This document shows, piece after piece, positions 43,875 to 53,044 of a stretch of DNA of 60,345 nucleotides (its first letter is position 1; every line of letters starts with the position of its first letter). The notes under the pieces were generated by a model, which worked only from the letters and a program-made list of their open reading frames with translations, ran no database searches and was not told where the DNA came from. Source of the DNA: Acidimicrobiia bacterium (GTDB taxonomy: Bacteria; Actinomycetota; Acidimicrobiia; Spongiisociales; ZC4RG35); the NCBI GenBank assembly GCA_049578105.1, contig JBAULI010000134.1, positions 1 through 60,345 of the forward strand. Reading direction: 5' to 3'. The position numbers and the translations under genes are program-made.

Positions 43875-45992
43875 TCAGATGTTGAGGACGATCACCGAGC
43901 ATCCGGCCGTGGACAGCAGTCTCTCCACCTTCGGTCCGAGATAGAGACGTTGAGATCCTGCCCTCACTGCGGTGCCGAGGATCATCAGGTCGATGTCCCC
44001 TTCGTCGAGTCGAGCCAGGATCGATTCGGTTGTCTCCCCGCGGAGTCTCACCTCGGAGAGCACACGCGCTCCAACTCCCTCACCGACGGATCGCAGGTCT
44101 TCTACGACCTCCTGACCGATGCCGAGTCGGACGGCGGCCGAGGAGGGGACACCGGTGGCCATCTGTGTCGTGAGGCTCTGGTCCACCACGTGGAAGATGA
44201 CCACCTCGCCGTCCTGACCGGCGAGGGTGAAGGCGAGGTCGGCGGCCCTGCGCGCCCACTGCGAGCCTCCGGTGGGGACGAGGATCCTCCTCGGCGGCCA
44301 TTGCCCGGTCCCGGCGCTGAAGACCAGAGTGGGACACGACGCCAGCCTCACTACCTCATCGACGATCGAGGAGTAGAAGTGCTCGTCGTGCTCCCCGCGC
44401 TCGGTCGCACCCATTGCGACCAGGTCATAGCCAGTGTCGATCTCACGCAGGATTGCGCGGCCGACGTCCCCGGGCGGGACGAGCTTGGTAGCGATCTCGG
44501 TTCCGGTCGGAAATAGGCCGGCCAGACGATCGAGGTATTGGTCGGCGTCCCTTCGCTCGCCTCTTGCGACCGCGCTCAGCAAGGTGACAGCGAGCCCCTG
44601 GTCCGCGATTCGCGCCAAGGCCGAGGCTTCGAGGGCCTGGGCGCCGGGCTCGCCCTCGGTGCGGAGGCGAACCGGCACCAAGACGCGACGGATGTCCCCC
44701 AATGTGCCTACCTTCCGATCCGATGCTTCAGGGCCTGGCTGGGGAACACCGAATACGAGCCGGATGCCGATCGGCGCCGCCACCGAAGTCAATATCGACA
44801 CCACGACCATCATCGAGTAGATCTCGACCGAGAAGATCTGCATGGAGAGCCCGATCGACGCAACGATGATCCCGAGAACACCGCGAGCGTTCAAGGCGAG
44901 CCCATAGGCGATCCCTTCACGCCGGGTTGTCGAAGCCCACCGCGCCCCGAGGTATGCGCCGAACAACTTTCCGGCGGCGGCCACCAGCAAGACGGCACCG
45001 GTCAACGCGAGAAGCCGGGGCTCGAGCAACTTGGCGATGTCGAGTCTCAGCCCGGCAGTTGCCAGGAATATCGGGGCGAACACGCCATAGGTGACACTCT
45101 CGAGCTGACGCCCCACTTCGAGTGGCATGCGGCGGGTCTGCCCGAAGATCACCCCGATTGCAAACGCTCCCAATATCGGCTCGAGATGGAGCGCTTGGGT
45201 CAGAGCGCCCCAAGCGAAGGCGAGACAGATCACCAGGGTGAGGACGCGATCCCTCGAGATCATGCGGTCTTGCACCAGATGCAAAGCCTTCCGGGCCACG
45301 GGGCGGGCGACGAGGAGCGTCGCCAACACGAAGATCATGACGGCCCCGAGTGTCTGGGAGACTGCAAGCAGATCGAAACTGCCTGCAGCCGCCAGCGACG
45401 TCACGACTCCGAGAAGGGCCCAACCCAGAAGGTCGTCGATCATTCCGGCGGCAAGGACGGTTTGGCCGAACGGACGTCGCATCAGCCCGAGGTCGCCGAG
45501 GATCTTGGCCAGCACCGGAATTGCCGAGAGTGACAGGGCAACCGCGAGAAAGAGGGCGAACACGCCTCGTTGCGAGGGGTCGGGGAGAAGGTCGTCAGGG
45601 ATGTACATCCCCAGCCCGAAACCGAAGAGGAGGGGGAGCACGAGCCCGCCGAGCCCGACACTCATCGAGATCTTGAGCCGGGACCGGATCAACCCGAGGT
45701 CGGTCTCCATGCCTATCACCACGAGGAGGAGCATCACTCCCAGGACACCGACCAGATCGAGGAGTTGCACCTGGCCCGGCGTGGAGGGGATGAGCAGCCG
45801 GCCAAAGGCGGGGAACAGGCCCGAGATGCCGGAAGGGCCGAGGACGACCCCGGCCATGATCTCGCCGACCACGGGTGGGATGCCCAGTCGCAGACAGAGC
45901 TCGCCCATGAGGCGAGCGGTGGCCAGGAGCATGGCGAACGCCACGACCAGCTTCAGGAGATCAGCATGGGGTATGCCGGCTATCGGCTCCAT
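43875..45992 (-). CDS. cation:proton antiporter (CPA2/Kef-type membrane domain) fused to two universal stress protein domains
   Basis: 705 aa. About 12 TM helices (GEIMAGVVLGPSG..., FLATAGLRLD). Two C-terminal USP-like modules follow (RRVLVPVRL...YDLVAMGATERG and RRILVPTGG...IDLMILGTAVRAGSQRLYLGPKVERLL). Confidence 0.8.
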   Translation of the reverse strand: MEPIAGIPHADLLKLVVAFAMLLATARLMGELCLRLGIPPVVGEIMAGVVLGPSGISGLFPAFGRLLIPSTPGQVQLLDLVGVLGVMLLLVVIGMETDLGLIRSRLKISMSVGLGGLVLPLLFGFGLGMYIPDDLLPDPSQRGVFALFLAVALSLSAIPVLAKILGDLGLMRRPFGQTVLAAGMIDDLLGWALLGVVTSLAAAGSFDLLAVSQTLGAVMIFVLATLLVARPVARKALHLVQDRMISRDRVLTLVICLAFAWGALTQALHLEPILGAFAIGVIFGQTRRMPLEVGRQLESVTYGVFAPIFLATAGLRLDIAKLLEPRLLALTGAVLLVAAAGKLFGAYLGARWASTTRREGIAYGLALNARGVLGIIVASIGLSMQIFSVEIYSMMVVVSILTSVAAPIGIRLVFGVPQPGPEASDRKVGTLGDIRRVLVPVRLRTEGEPGAQALEASALARIADQGLAVTLLSAVARGERRDADQYLDRLAGLFPTGTEIATKLVPPGDVGRAILREIDTGYDLVAMGATERGEHDEHFYSSIVDEVVRLASCPTLVFSAGTGQWPPRRILVPTGGSQWARRAADLAFTLAGQDGEVVIFHVVDQSLTTQMATGVPSSAAVRLGIGQEVVEDLRSVGEGVGARVLSEVRLRGETTESILARLDEGDIDLMILGTAVRAGSQRLYLGPKVERLLSTAGCSVIVLNI

Positions 45993-46055
45993 GGAGCATT
46001 CCTTCCTCTATGGCCTACGGGGTTAGCTGACGGGCTCGAACTGGAAGGTGCTCTA

Positions 46056-46115
46056 CCCGGCTGATCCGGGATTCGCCCCAATTTTCGGGTCCCCCGTCCC
46101 GACTTGGCAGCCGGG
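46056..46115 (-). promoter_or_regulatory. nested hairpin element in the leader of the antiporter gene (alternatively a terminator of the upstream glycosyltransferase gene)
   Basis: An 8 bp perfect outer helix (cccggctg at 46056-63 with cagccggg at 46108-15) encloses a 5 bp helix (46067-71 with 46097-101). It lies 64 nt upstream of the ATG at 45992 and 61 nt downstream of the stop at 46176. Confidence 0.3.
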
Positions 46116-46175
46116 TTCGGCGTTTGGTGGAGGATATCGCAGATTGGTGCCGGTGGAGAGCAGTCTCGGGGTGAT

Positions 46176-47570
46176 TCAGCAGCCCGGCTTGATGGCCAGG
46201 ACCGTCCCTGTTTCCACCGGCACTCGATCGAAACCGGGAGGCACCATTGCCAGGCCCATGGCCTCGAATCTGCCCGATCGCGCGAGGAAAGCGCAGGTCC
46301 GAGGGTCGTTTGCGGAGGCGAGCACGTCGTCGACGACGATGCTCCCGGTCTCGATTCTCGCAAACGACGTATCGACCAGGGATGGGTACACCATGCGGTC
46401 GGCGGTCCACGCCAGGCCCTGCTGGTCCGTGACCACGTAGCTGTCGGCCGGCGTCGATTCGAGGACCTCGATGATCTGCTGCTCGGTCTCGGACGGGTCG
46501 ACGACATCGGTCACGGGAGACAAGGCCCATTGGAACGGTAGAGCGATCAGGACGAAGCCCAAGGCCAGATTGGTGGGAACCCGGGTTCGCAGTGCCACGA
46601 GTATCAGGGGTGGCAACAGGAACGCGGCGAACCGGGCAAAGCCGTCGCTGACGGGGGTGATCAGCACGATCATCACCACGGTCGAGATCAGCCAGCCGCT
46701 CAGGATCCAGGTGGGCAGGCGACGGTTCCTGGTCCCGGTGATGTCGAATCGGGCGCCCAGAGCCAGGAGCGCACCGGCACCCAGAAGGATCAGCAATGGC
46801 AGGTCGCCTCTCCACAACTCGGTCACGAGACTTCCCGTGTTGGCGACGAGGTCGAAGCTCCGTTGCTTGGCGAGGTGAAATGTCACGTACTGCTCCCAGA
46901 CGGCTCCGACGTCCCAGACGAGGGTCACCGCGGCCCCGACGATCAGCCCCGAGATCCAGAATTCCGCGATCGACCGCCTTCCGGCGTGGAGTGCGATGAC
47001 CACGATGACGACGATGGCCAGAGGCAGCAGGTTCAGGCTCTTGGTGGCCACCCCGAGTGCGAGAAGGACGCCCGAAGACGGTGCTCGCCATCGTTGGGCC
47101 TCGAGGTCTCCCAGGGCCGTGACCAGTGCGAGCAGGCCCAGGGCAAGGGCAAGGCCGTCGCTCTGCAAGGGGCCCGCCGAGATGAGCAGGATCCCACTGG
47201 AGGCGGCGAGTAGACCCCCCACCAGTGAACGGGGGCGGTCGTGGTCGAGACGCGCCAGAAGGTACATGGCGACGGCCAACAGGGCGCCGGTCGCAACCAT
47301 GGCCAGGCGGCTGGACCTGAGGCCGCCGATGCCGAGCATGTCGAAGAGGCGGAGGACCGGGAGGAAGACGGGCCCCTGGCTGGAGAAGAAGTCTCGGAAA
47401 GGGTCCAGCCCGTGTCGCATCAAGAGGACCGACGAGGCATAGACCCCGTCGTCATAGTTGAGGTGGCGTGGTGAGAGGAACGCCGGGAAGCGAATGACGG
47501 CGGCGATCAGTGCCACGATGCCGACGGTGACGATCCCCCCCATACGCCTCGATGGCGTCATGTGAACCAA
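46176..47570 (-). CDS. GT-C fold membrane glycosyltransferase (ArnT/PMT, family 39-like)
   Basis: 464 aa with about 11 TM helices. The first loop carries an acidic motif (LNYDDGVYASS), as in ArnT/PMT-type enzymes. The family assignment is inferred from architecture only. Confidence 0.55.
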   Translation of the reverse strand: MVHMTPSRRMGGIVTVGIVALIAAVIRFPAFLSPRHLNYDDGVYASSVLLMRHGLDPFRDFFSSQGPVFLPVLRLFDMLGIGGLRSSRLAMVATGALLAVAMYLLARLDHDRPRSLVGGLLAASSGILLISAGPLQSDGLALALGLLALVTALGDLEAQRWRAPSSGVLLALGVATKSLNLLPLAIVVIVVIALHAGRRSIAEFWISGLIVGAAVTLVWDVGAVWEQYVTFHLAKQRSFDLVANTGSLVTELWRGDLPLLILLGAGALLALGARFDITGTRNRRLPTWILSGWLISTVVMIVLITPVSDGFARFAAFLLPPLILVALRTRVPTNLALGFVLIALPFQWALSPVTDVVDPSETEQQIIEVLESTPADSYVVTDQQGLAWTADRMVYPSLVDTSFARIETGSIVVDDVLASANDPRTCAFLARSGRFEAMGLAMVPPGFDRVPVETGTVLAIKPGC

Positions 47571-47596
47571 ATTAGTGACAGGCCGCCGCTAGCCGA

Positions 47597-48451
47597 TCAC
47601 GGGTACTGGTAGAACCCCCTGCCCGTCTTTCTACCCAGCAATCCCGCTTCCACCATCCTGGTCAGTATCGGCGGTGAGGCGTAGAAGGGCTCTTTGAATT
47701 CCTCGAACAAGACGTCGGCCACGAGTTTCATCGTGTCGAGGCCGACGAAGTCGGAGAGCTCGAGTGGTCCCATGGGGTGATTCGCCCCGAGTCTCATCCC
47801 GGTGTCGATGTCCTCCTTGCTCGCCACCCCTGCCTCGAACATCCGGATGGCGCCCAGCATGTAGGGGACGAGCAACATGTTCACGATGAAACCGGCCCGG
47901 TCCTTCGCTTCGATCACGACCTTGCCGAGTGACTCCGCGAAGCTCCGTGCCCGCTCCGCGGTCTCCGGTGAGGTCATGACGGTGGTCACCAACTCGACCA
48001 GCGCCATGACGGGCACCGGGTTGAAGAAGTGGAGTCCGACAACACTCTCCGGCCTCTCGGTCGCGGATGCGATCCGTGTGATCGGGATCGAAGACGTGTT
48101 GGAGGCGAAGATCGCCGAGTCGTCCTCGACGAACCGATCGAGATCGGCGAATATCTGCTTCTTCAGGGCCTCGTTCTCCGTCGCCGCCTCGATGACCAGT
48201 TGTCGGTCTGCCTGATCGGCGAGGTCGGTGGAGAGGGACACCCGGTCGAAGATCGATTCTCGCTCGGCCTCGTCCATCTTCCCCCGCTCCACGGCGCGGG
48301 CGAGGGACTTCTCGATTCTCTGTCGCGCCGTCTCCGCGGCGGCCGCATCGATCTCATGCACCACCACCTCACAGCCCGACCTGGCACAGGTCTCGGCGAT
48401 GCCGGAGCCCATCAGCCCGCCACCTATCACTCCCACGCGCTCAATCGCCAT
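47597..48451 (-). CDS. hbd: 3-hydroxybutyryl-CoA / 3-hydroxyacyl-CoA dehydrogenase
   Basis: From the ATG at 48451: MAIERVGVIGGGLMGSGIAE (Rossmann), then NTSSIPIT, HFFNPVPVM and a C-terminal GRKTGRGFYQY. The track ORF extends upstream into the ABC ATPase gene. Confidence 0.85.
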   Translation of the reverse strand: MAIERVGVIGGGLMGSGIAETCARSGCEVVVHEIDAAAAETARQRIEKSLARAVERGKMDEAERESIFDRVSLSTDLADQADRQLVIEAATENEALKKQIFADLDRFVEDDSAIFASNTSSIPITRIASATERPESVVGLHFFNPVPVMALVELVTTVMTSPETAERARSFAESLGKVVIEAKDRAGFIVNMLLVPYMLGAIRMFEAGVASKEDIDTGMRLGANHPMGPLELSDFVGLDTMKLVADVLFEEFKEPFYASPPILTRMVEAGLLGRKTGRGFYQYP

Positions 48452-49577
48452 CGGCAGCGCTCCCGCTCGGCCCCGGGTCCAGCTCGCGGTAGTCACCTGT
48501 CCGCAGATGACAGGACGCCACGTGATCAATCGATCCGTCATCGGGCGATCGCAGACTCGGCTCGAGCACATCGCAGACTCCCGTGTACGCGATCGGGCAG
48601 CGTGGGTGGAACCTGCAGCCCGAAGGTGGGTTGATCGCACTCGGGATCTCCCCGCGCGGCATGGGAACCTTCCGTCGATGACGAGGGTCGGGCACCGGCA
48701 CGGCATTTAGCAATGCCTGGGTGTATGGATGTGTCGGAGATTCGAAGACGTCCCGGAGAGTTCCCATCTCGACGATCTCGCCGAGGTACATGACCGCGAT
48801 CCTGTCGCACACGTATTTGGCAGTCGCCAGATCGTGGGTGATGAACAGATAGGTCAGGTTGAACTCTTGCTTGAGCTGCATCATCAGGTCGAGGAGGAGG
48901 GCGCGCACCGACACGTCGGCCATTGCTATCGGCTCGTCTGCCACGATCAGGTCCGGCTTCGTGACCAGGGCTCTGGCGATCACGATGCGCTGACGCTGGC
49001 CACCCGATATCTGGTGGGGGTACTTGTCGTAGAACTGCTCCGGGGGGGACATCCCGACGGCCTCCAGCATCTCGAACACCGTCGATCGCCTCTGGGCCGG
49101 AGTCAGATGCGGCATGTGGATCTCTGCCGGATGCCCTATCGCCTCTCCAACGGTCATCCTGGGATTCAGGGAAGCCAGCGGGTCCTGGAAGACGACTTGC
49201 ATCCGGGAGCGAAGACGTCGCAACTCTTCCTCTTCGAGCTTGGTGAGATCCGTGCCATCGAACTCGACCGTGCCCTTGGTGGGGGAGAGAAGCCCAAGGA
49301 CCAGTCGCCCGACCGTGGACTTGCCGGAGCCAGATTCACCGGCCAGGCCAAAGACCTCCCCTCGCTTGATGTTGAAAGAGACGTCGTCGACAGCCCGGAC
49401 GTGGGGAACTTCCCCGCCACTCAGCAGTCCGGCCAGGAAGCCGGTTTGTAGCGGAAACCACTTGGTCAGCCCCGACACCTGGACCAATGGTGCCTCGGTC
49501 GTGTCGGCGGTGGTGGTCCCGGTCTGCTCCGATGATGGCTCAGCCACGAGTCGAGCTCCTGGCGACGCTGGCGTCAT
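48441..49577 (-). CDS. peptide/nickel ABC transporter ATP-binding protein (OppF/DppF type)
   Basis: Walker A GESGSGKST, signature SGGQRQR, Walker B LIVADEP, and the C-terminal oligopeptide-ATPase extension with PPSGCRFHPRCP. The start is ATG 49577 or GTG 49547, which overlaps the upstream stop. Confidence 0.85.
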   Translation of the reverse strand: MTPASPGARLVAEPSSEQTGTTTADTTEAPLVQVSGLTKWFPLQTGFLAGLLSGGEVPHVRAVDDVSFNIKRGEVFGLAGESGSGKSTVGRLVLGLLSPTKGTVEFDGTDLTKLEEEELRRLRSRMQVVFQDPLASLNPRMTVGEAIGHPAEIHMPHLTPAQRRSTVFEMLEAVGMSPPEQFYDKYPHQISGGQRQRIVIARALVTKPDLIVADEPIAMADVSVRALLLDLMMQLKQEFNLTYLFITHDLATAKYVCDRIAVMYLGEIVEMGTLRDVFESPTHPYTQALLNAVPVPDPRHRRKVPMPRGEIPSAINPPSGCRFHPRCPIAYTGVCDVLEPSLRSPDDGSIDHVASCHLRTGDYRELDPGPSGSAADGD

Positions 49578-50529
49578 AGAGCCAACAGGCTGTGAGATGG
49601 CCCTCGTACACCGGGTCGAATCCGGGGTCGGTGGTCGTGCATATCTCCATGACTTCGGGGCAACGAGGATTGAACGGGCACCCACCGGGGGGATGGAGCA
49701 GATTGGGCGGTGCCCCCTCCATCTTGTAGAGATCGTCCTGATCGAGGCTGATGTTGGGAACCGATCGGAGGAGGCCCCGGGTATATGGGTGCTTCGGGTC
49801 CGCGAAGACGTCGTTCACCTCTCCCAGCTCCATCATGCGACCTGCGTACATGACGGCGACGCGGTCGGCGACCTCGGCCACGACCCCGATGTTGTGGGTG
49901 ATCATGAGAATCGTGAGGTCGAATTCGGCCTGGAGCTCTTTGAGGAGGTCGAGGAACTTGGCTTCGACTATCACGTCGAGCGACGTCGTGGGCTCATCGG
50001 CGATGACCAGATCTGCCCGGAGAGCCAGTGCCAGGGCGATCATCACCCGTTGCCGCATGCCACCGGACATCTGATGCGGGTACTCGTCGAGTCGCTCGGG
50101 TCTGATCCCAAGACGCTCGATGAGCTCGGACGAGCGTTTTCGCGCCGACTCCTCGCTGGTCCCGGGCTCATGGGTGACGATGGTCTCGATCAAGTGGTCG
50201 GAGATGCGTTGAACCGGATTCAGCGACGTCATCGGGTCCTGAAAGACCATCCCGATGCGTCCGCCGCGAACTTGACGCATCTGGCGATCGGACAGTGTCA
50301 TCAAGTCGGTGCCGTCGAATATGAGCTGCCCGCCGATGATCTTGCCGGGGTGAGAGAGCCGGAGCAGTGCCTTGCCCAGAGTCGACTTGCCACATCCTGA
50401 CTCTCCGACGAGGCCGAGGATCTCGCCCCGTTGGATGTCGAGGCTCACGCGATCGACGGCTCGGACCGGGCCGTCGCGCGATTCGTACTCGACGATCAGA
50501 TCGCGAATCGAATAGAGGACGTCGGTCAT
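49540..50529 (-). CDS. peptide/nickel ABC transporter ATP-binding protein (OppD/DppD type)
   Basis: Walker [10 protein letters not shown], signature SGGMRQR, Walker B LVIADEP, and C-terminal [12 protein letters not shown]. Confidence 0.9.
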   Translation of the reverse strand: MTDVLYSIRDLIVEYESRDGPVRAVDRVSLDIQRGEILGLVGESGCGKSTLGKALLRLSHPGKIIGGQLIFDGTDLMTLSDRQMRQVRGGRIGMVFQDPMTSLNPVQRISDHLIETIVTHEPGTSEESARKRSSELIERLGIRPERLDEYPHQMSGGMRQRVMIALALALRADLVIADEPTTSLDVIVEAKFLDLLKELQAEFDLTILMITHNIGVVAEVADRVAVMYAGRMMELGEVNDVFADPKHPYTRGLLRSVPNISLDQDDLYKMEGAPPNLLHPPGGCPFNPRCPEVMEICTTTDPGFDPVYEGHLTACWLYDASVARSSTRG

Positions 50530-50593
50530 GACGTCTCGTCCAGGAGTGCGCTCCCGGCGGGGCTCATCGCCGCCCTTGCCTCACAGACGGCCG

Positions 50594-51874
50594 TCATCGC
50601 TCTCTCAGCTTGGGGTTGAAGATCTCCATCAGCCCCTCACCCATCATGGTGAATGCGAGCACGACCAGCATTATCGCCACGCCTGGGAACGTGACCAGCC
50701 ACCAGGCGGACTGGATGAACTCCTGGCCGCGTGCGACATCGATTCCCCAGTCGGCGGTGTTCGGTGGGAGACCGAGGCCGAGGAAGGAGAGCCCGGCACC
50801 GGTGAGGATGGCGTCGGCGACGTTGACCGAGAAGATGATCGCCACCGACGGGATGACGTTGGGGTAGATGTACCTGCGGAGTATGGATCGGGAGCGGGCA
50901 CCGATGGATCGGGCCGCCTCGATGAACACCTCTTCCTTGGTCGACAGTGTTTGCCCGCGGACGATCCGGTAGTAGGTGGGCACATAGAGCACGGCGATGG
51001 CCACGATGACATTGAGGACGGATGGCCCCAGCACGGCGGTGATGGCGATGGCCAGGATCAGTCCCGGGAACGCGTAGAGACTGTCCATCAGCAGTGTGAG
51101 GACCCGGTCCAGCTTCCCGCCCCGGTAGCCGGCGATCAAACCGAGCGGAACCCCGAGCACCAAGGCCACCAGGGAGGACGAGAAGCCGATGATCAAGGCG
51201 ACGCGGCTGCCCCAGATGAGACGGCTGAAGAGATCCTGGCCGATTTGGTTGGTCCCCAGGACGAAACCGCCCTGATTGGCCGCTTGTCCCGTGATCGAGG
51301 TGCCTTCGACCAGCGACGGGAACTCGTCGGCGACGGCCTCGTACTCGACGGTCTGGACGACCGCCGCAACCACTTCACCGTCGACCACCGCCTGGAGGGT
51401 CTCCTCCAGCGTGTCGTAACGCTCGATCTGGGGGCGCAATCGGAGGTCACTGCCGTCGCTCTGGAGTTGGGAATCGATCTCCTGTGACCTCTGACGCAGT
51501 GCATCGGCGGTGGGAACACCTCTGACCACGCCTACGGGCACCCGCCCCCCGTCGGACGGAAGCGCCAGATCTTCGAGATCCTGGTACTCCGAGTCGTTCG
51601 GGACTATCAGGACAGGGACGTCCGGCTCGGCGCCGGGGGAGAGAAAGCGCGGTCCCACCTGGGTGTAGGGGTCATATGGGGCGAGGAGGCCAGGGATCAG
51701 CGCGACGATGATGAATCCGATCACCATCACGGCCGAGATGGCGACGAACCACCAGTCGGCGCCGTACCACCGTCGGGCGCGCAACATCCTCCTGACCAGG
51801 CCGACACGGCTCAGATCGTGCTCCCACTCCTGACGGTCGGGGGCTTCGGGAGTCATCTGATCGGTGGAAGACAT
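50594..51874 (-). CDS. peptide ABC transporter permease (OppC/DppC type) with enlarged extracytoplasmic loop
   Basis: 426 aa. The core is canonical (LGTNQIGQDLFSRLIWG, EAA-type loop FIEAARSIGARSRSILRRYIYPN), but about 120 extra residues sit between TM1 and the LGT(N/D) block. Confidence 0.85.
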   Translation of the reverse strand: MSSTDQMTPEAPDRQEWEHDLSRVGLVRRMLRARRWYGADWWFVAISAVMVIGFIIVALIPGLLAPYDPYTQVGPRFLSPGAEPDVPVLIVPNDSEYQDLEDLALPSDGGRVPVGVVRGVPTADALRQRSQEIDSQLQSDGSDLRLRPQIERYDTLEETLQAVVDGEVVAAVVQTVEYEAVADEFPSLVEGTSITGQAANQGGFVLGTNQIGQDLFSRLIWGSRVALIIGFSSSLVALVLGVPLGLIAGYRGGKLDRVLTLLMDSLYAFPGLILAIAITAVLGPSVLNVIVAIAVLYVPTYYRIVRGQTLSTKEEVFIEAARSIGARSRSILRRYIYPNVIPSVAIIFSVNVADAILTGAGLSFLGLGLPPNTADWGIDVARGQEFIQSAWWLVTFPGVAIMLVVLAFTMMGEGLMEIFNPKLRER

Positions 51875-51883
51875 CGTTTTCTC

Positions 51884-52981
51884 CTAGTACCTGACCCGGG
51901 GGTCGATCAACGAGTAGAGGATGTCCACTGCCAGGCTGATGAGCGCCACGAACAGCGCGAACACCGTCACCACGCTCTGGACTGCGGTGTAGTCCCTGGC
52001 GGATATCCGTTGCACCAGATACTGGCCCATGCCCGGCCAGGAGAAGACGGTCTCGGTGAGGACTGCTCCGGCGAGGAGGATGGCGACCTGGAGGCCGATC
52101 AGGGTGACGACCGGGATGAGGGCATTGCGCAACGCATGGCCGTAGACGATGACCCGCTCCCTGATCCCACGAGCGCGGGCTGCGCCGACGTAATCCTGTT
52201 GCAACGTCTCGATCACGTTGATCCGAGTCAAGCGGACAAAGACCCCCGACAGGACCAGGCCCAGTGTCACGACCGGCAGGATCAAGTGACCGATCACGGA
52301 CTTGAAGGCCGCCCAGTTCCCGGTGATGACGGAGTCGATCGTGTACACGTTCGTGATGTGGGTGAGCGTCGTTCCCACGACCGGATCGATTCGGCCCGAA
52401 ATCGGCAACCAGCCCAGTCTTATCCCGAATACCAATTGGAGTATCAGCCCCAACCAGAAGATGGGTATTGCGTAGATCACGACCGAGTACAGGCGGAGCC
52501 CGTAATCGGTGGTCCGTTTTCGGCGCGCCGCGGCGAGGGCGCCGCCAAAGATCCCCAAGAGCAGTGCGAGGGCCGCGGCGGGGATGACCAATTCCAGGGT
52601 GGCGGGAAACCGCTCGCTCATCTCATCGATGATCGGTCTCCGGCCGCCGGTGAGCGCCCGACCGAAGTCGAAGGTGACCATGCCACCCAGGAAGCGCCCG
52701 TATTGGGTGAGTATCGGGTCCTCGAGACCGAGTTGCTCTCGCATGCGGGCGACCATCTCGGGGGTCCCCCTGGGGCCTAGGGCCGAACGGACGGGGTCAC
52801 CGGGCAAGACTCGAAGGACGAAGAATATGAGTGTTCCCAGGATGAAGACCATGGGAAGTGTGAGGGCGATTCGGGCCAGCATGAACCGACGAAGGCCAGT
52901 GCTCCCTCTGGCAAAGATGTAGACCAGCCCTATCAGGGCCGGGATCCCGATGATCAGGAAGATCAGGGCGAGTGGGGACAT
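51884..52981 (-). CDS. peptide ABC transporter permease (OppB/DppB type)
   Basis: RRFMLARIALTLPMVFILGTLIFFVLRVLPGDP is the canonical OppB N-terminus, with the EAA region YVGAARARGIRERVIVYGHALRNA. The start is uncertain: ATG 52981 adds one extra hydrophobic helix with coding-like codon usage, ATG 52882 gives the canonical length, and TTG 53044 is the ORF maximum. Confidence 0.8.
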   Translation of the reverse strand: MSPLALIFLIIGIPALIGLVYIFARGSTGLRRFMLARIALTLPMVFILGTLIFFVLRVLPGDPVRSALGPRGTPEMVARMREQLGLEDPILTQYGRFLGGMVTFDFGRALTGGRRPIIDEMSERFPATLELVIPAAALALLLGIFGGALAAARRKRTTDYGLRLYSVVIYAIPIFWLGLILQLVFGIRLGWLPISGRIDPVVGTTLTHITNVYTIDSVITGNWAAFKSVIGHLILPVVTLGLVLSGVFVRLTRINVIETLQQDYVGAARARGIRERVIVYGHALRNALIPVVTLIGLQVAILLAGAVLTETVFSWPGMGQYLVQRISARDYTAVQSVVTVFALFVALISLAVDILYSLIDPRVRY

Positions 52982-53044
52982 GAAAGTGCGGTGACCGTGA
53001 GAGGGGGATGGGTGACCGTCGGCCACCCATCCCCCTACTGACAA

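Noticed and set aside
46030-46062. tRNA-like fragments on the minus strand (gggtagagca and agttcgagccc, resembling D-arm and T-loop sequences).
   Set aside because: No acceptor stem, anticodon arm or CCA-proximal pairing can be drawn, and the two pieces are only about 8 nt apart. It is at most a chance resemblance or a very decayed remnant, and there are no integrase or att-like repeats nearby.
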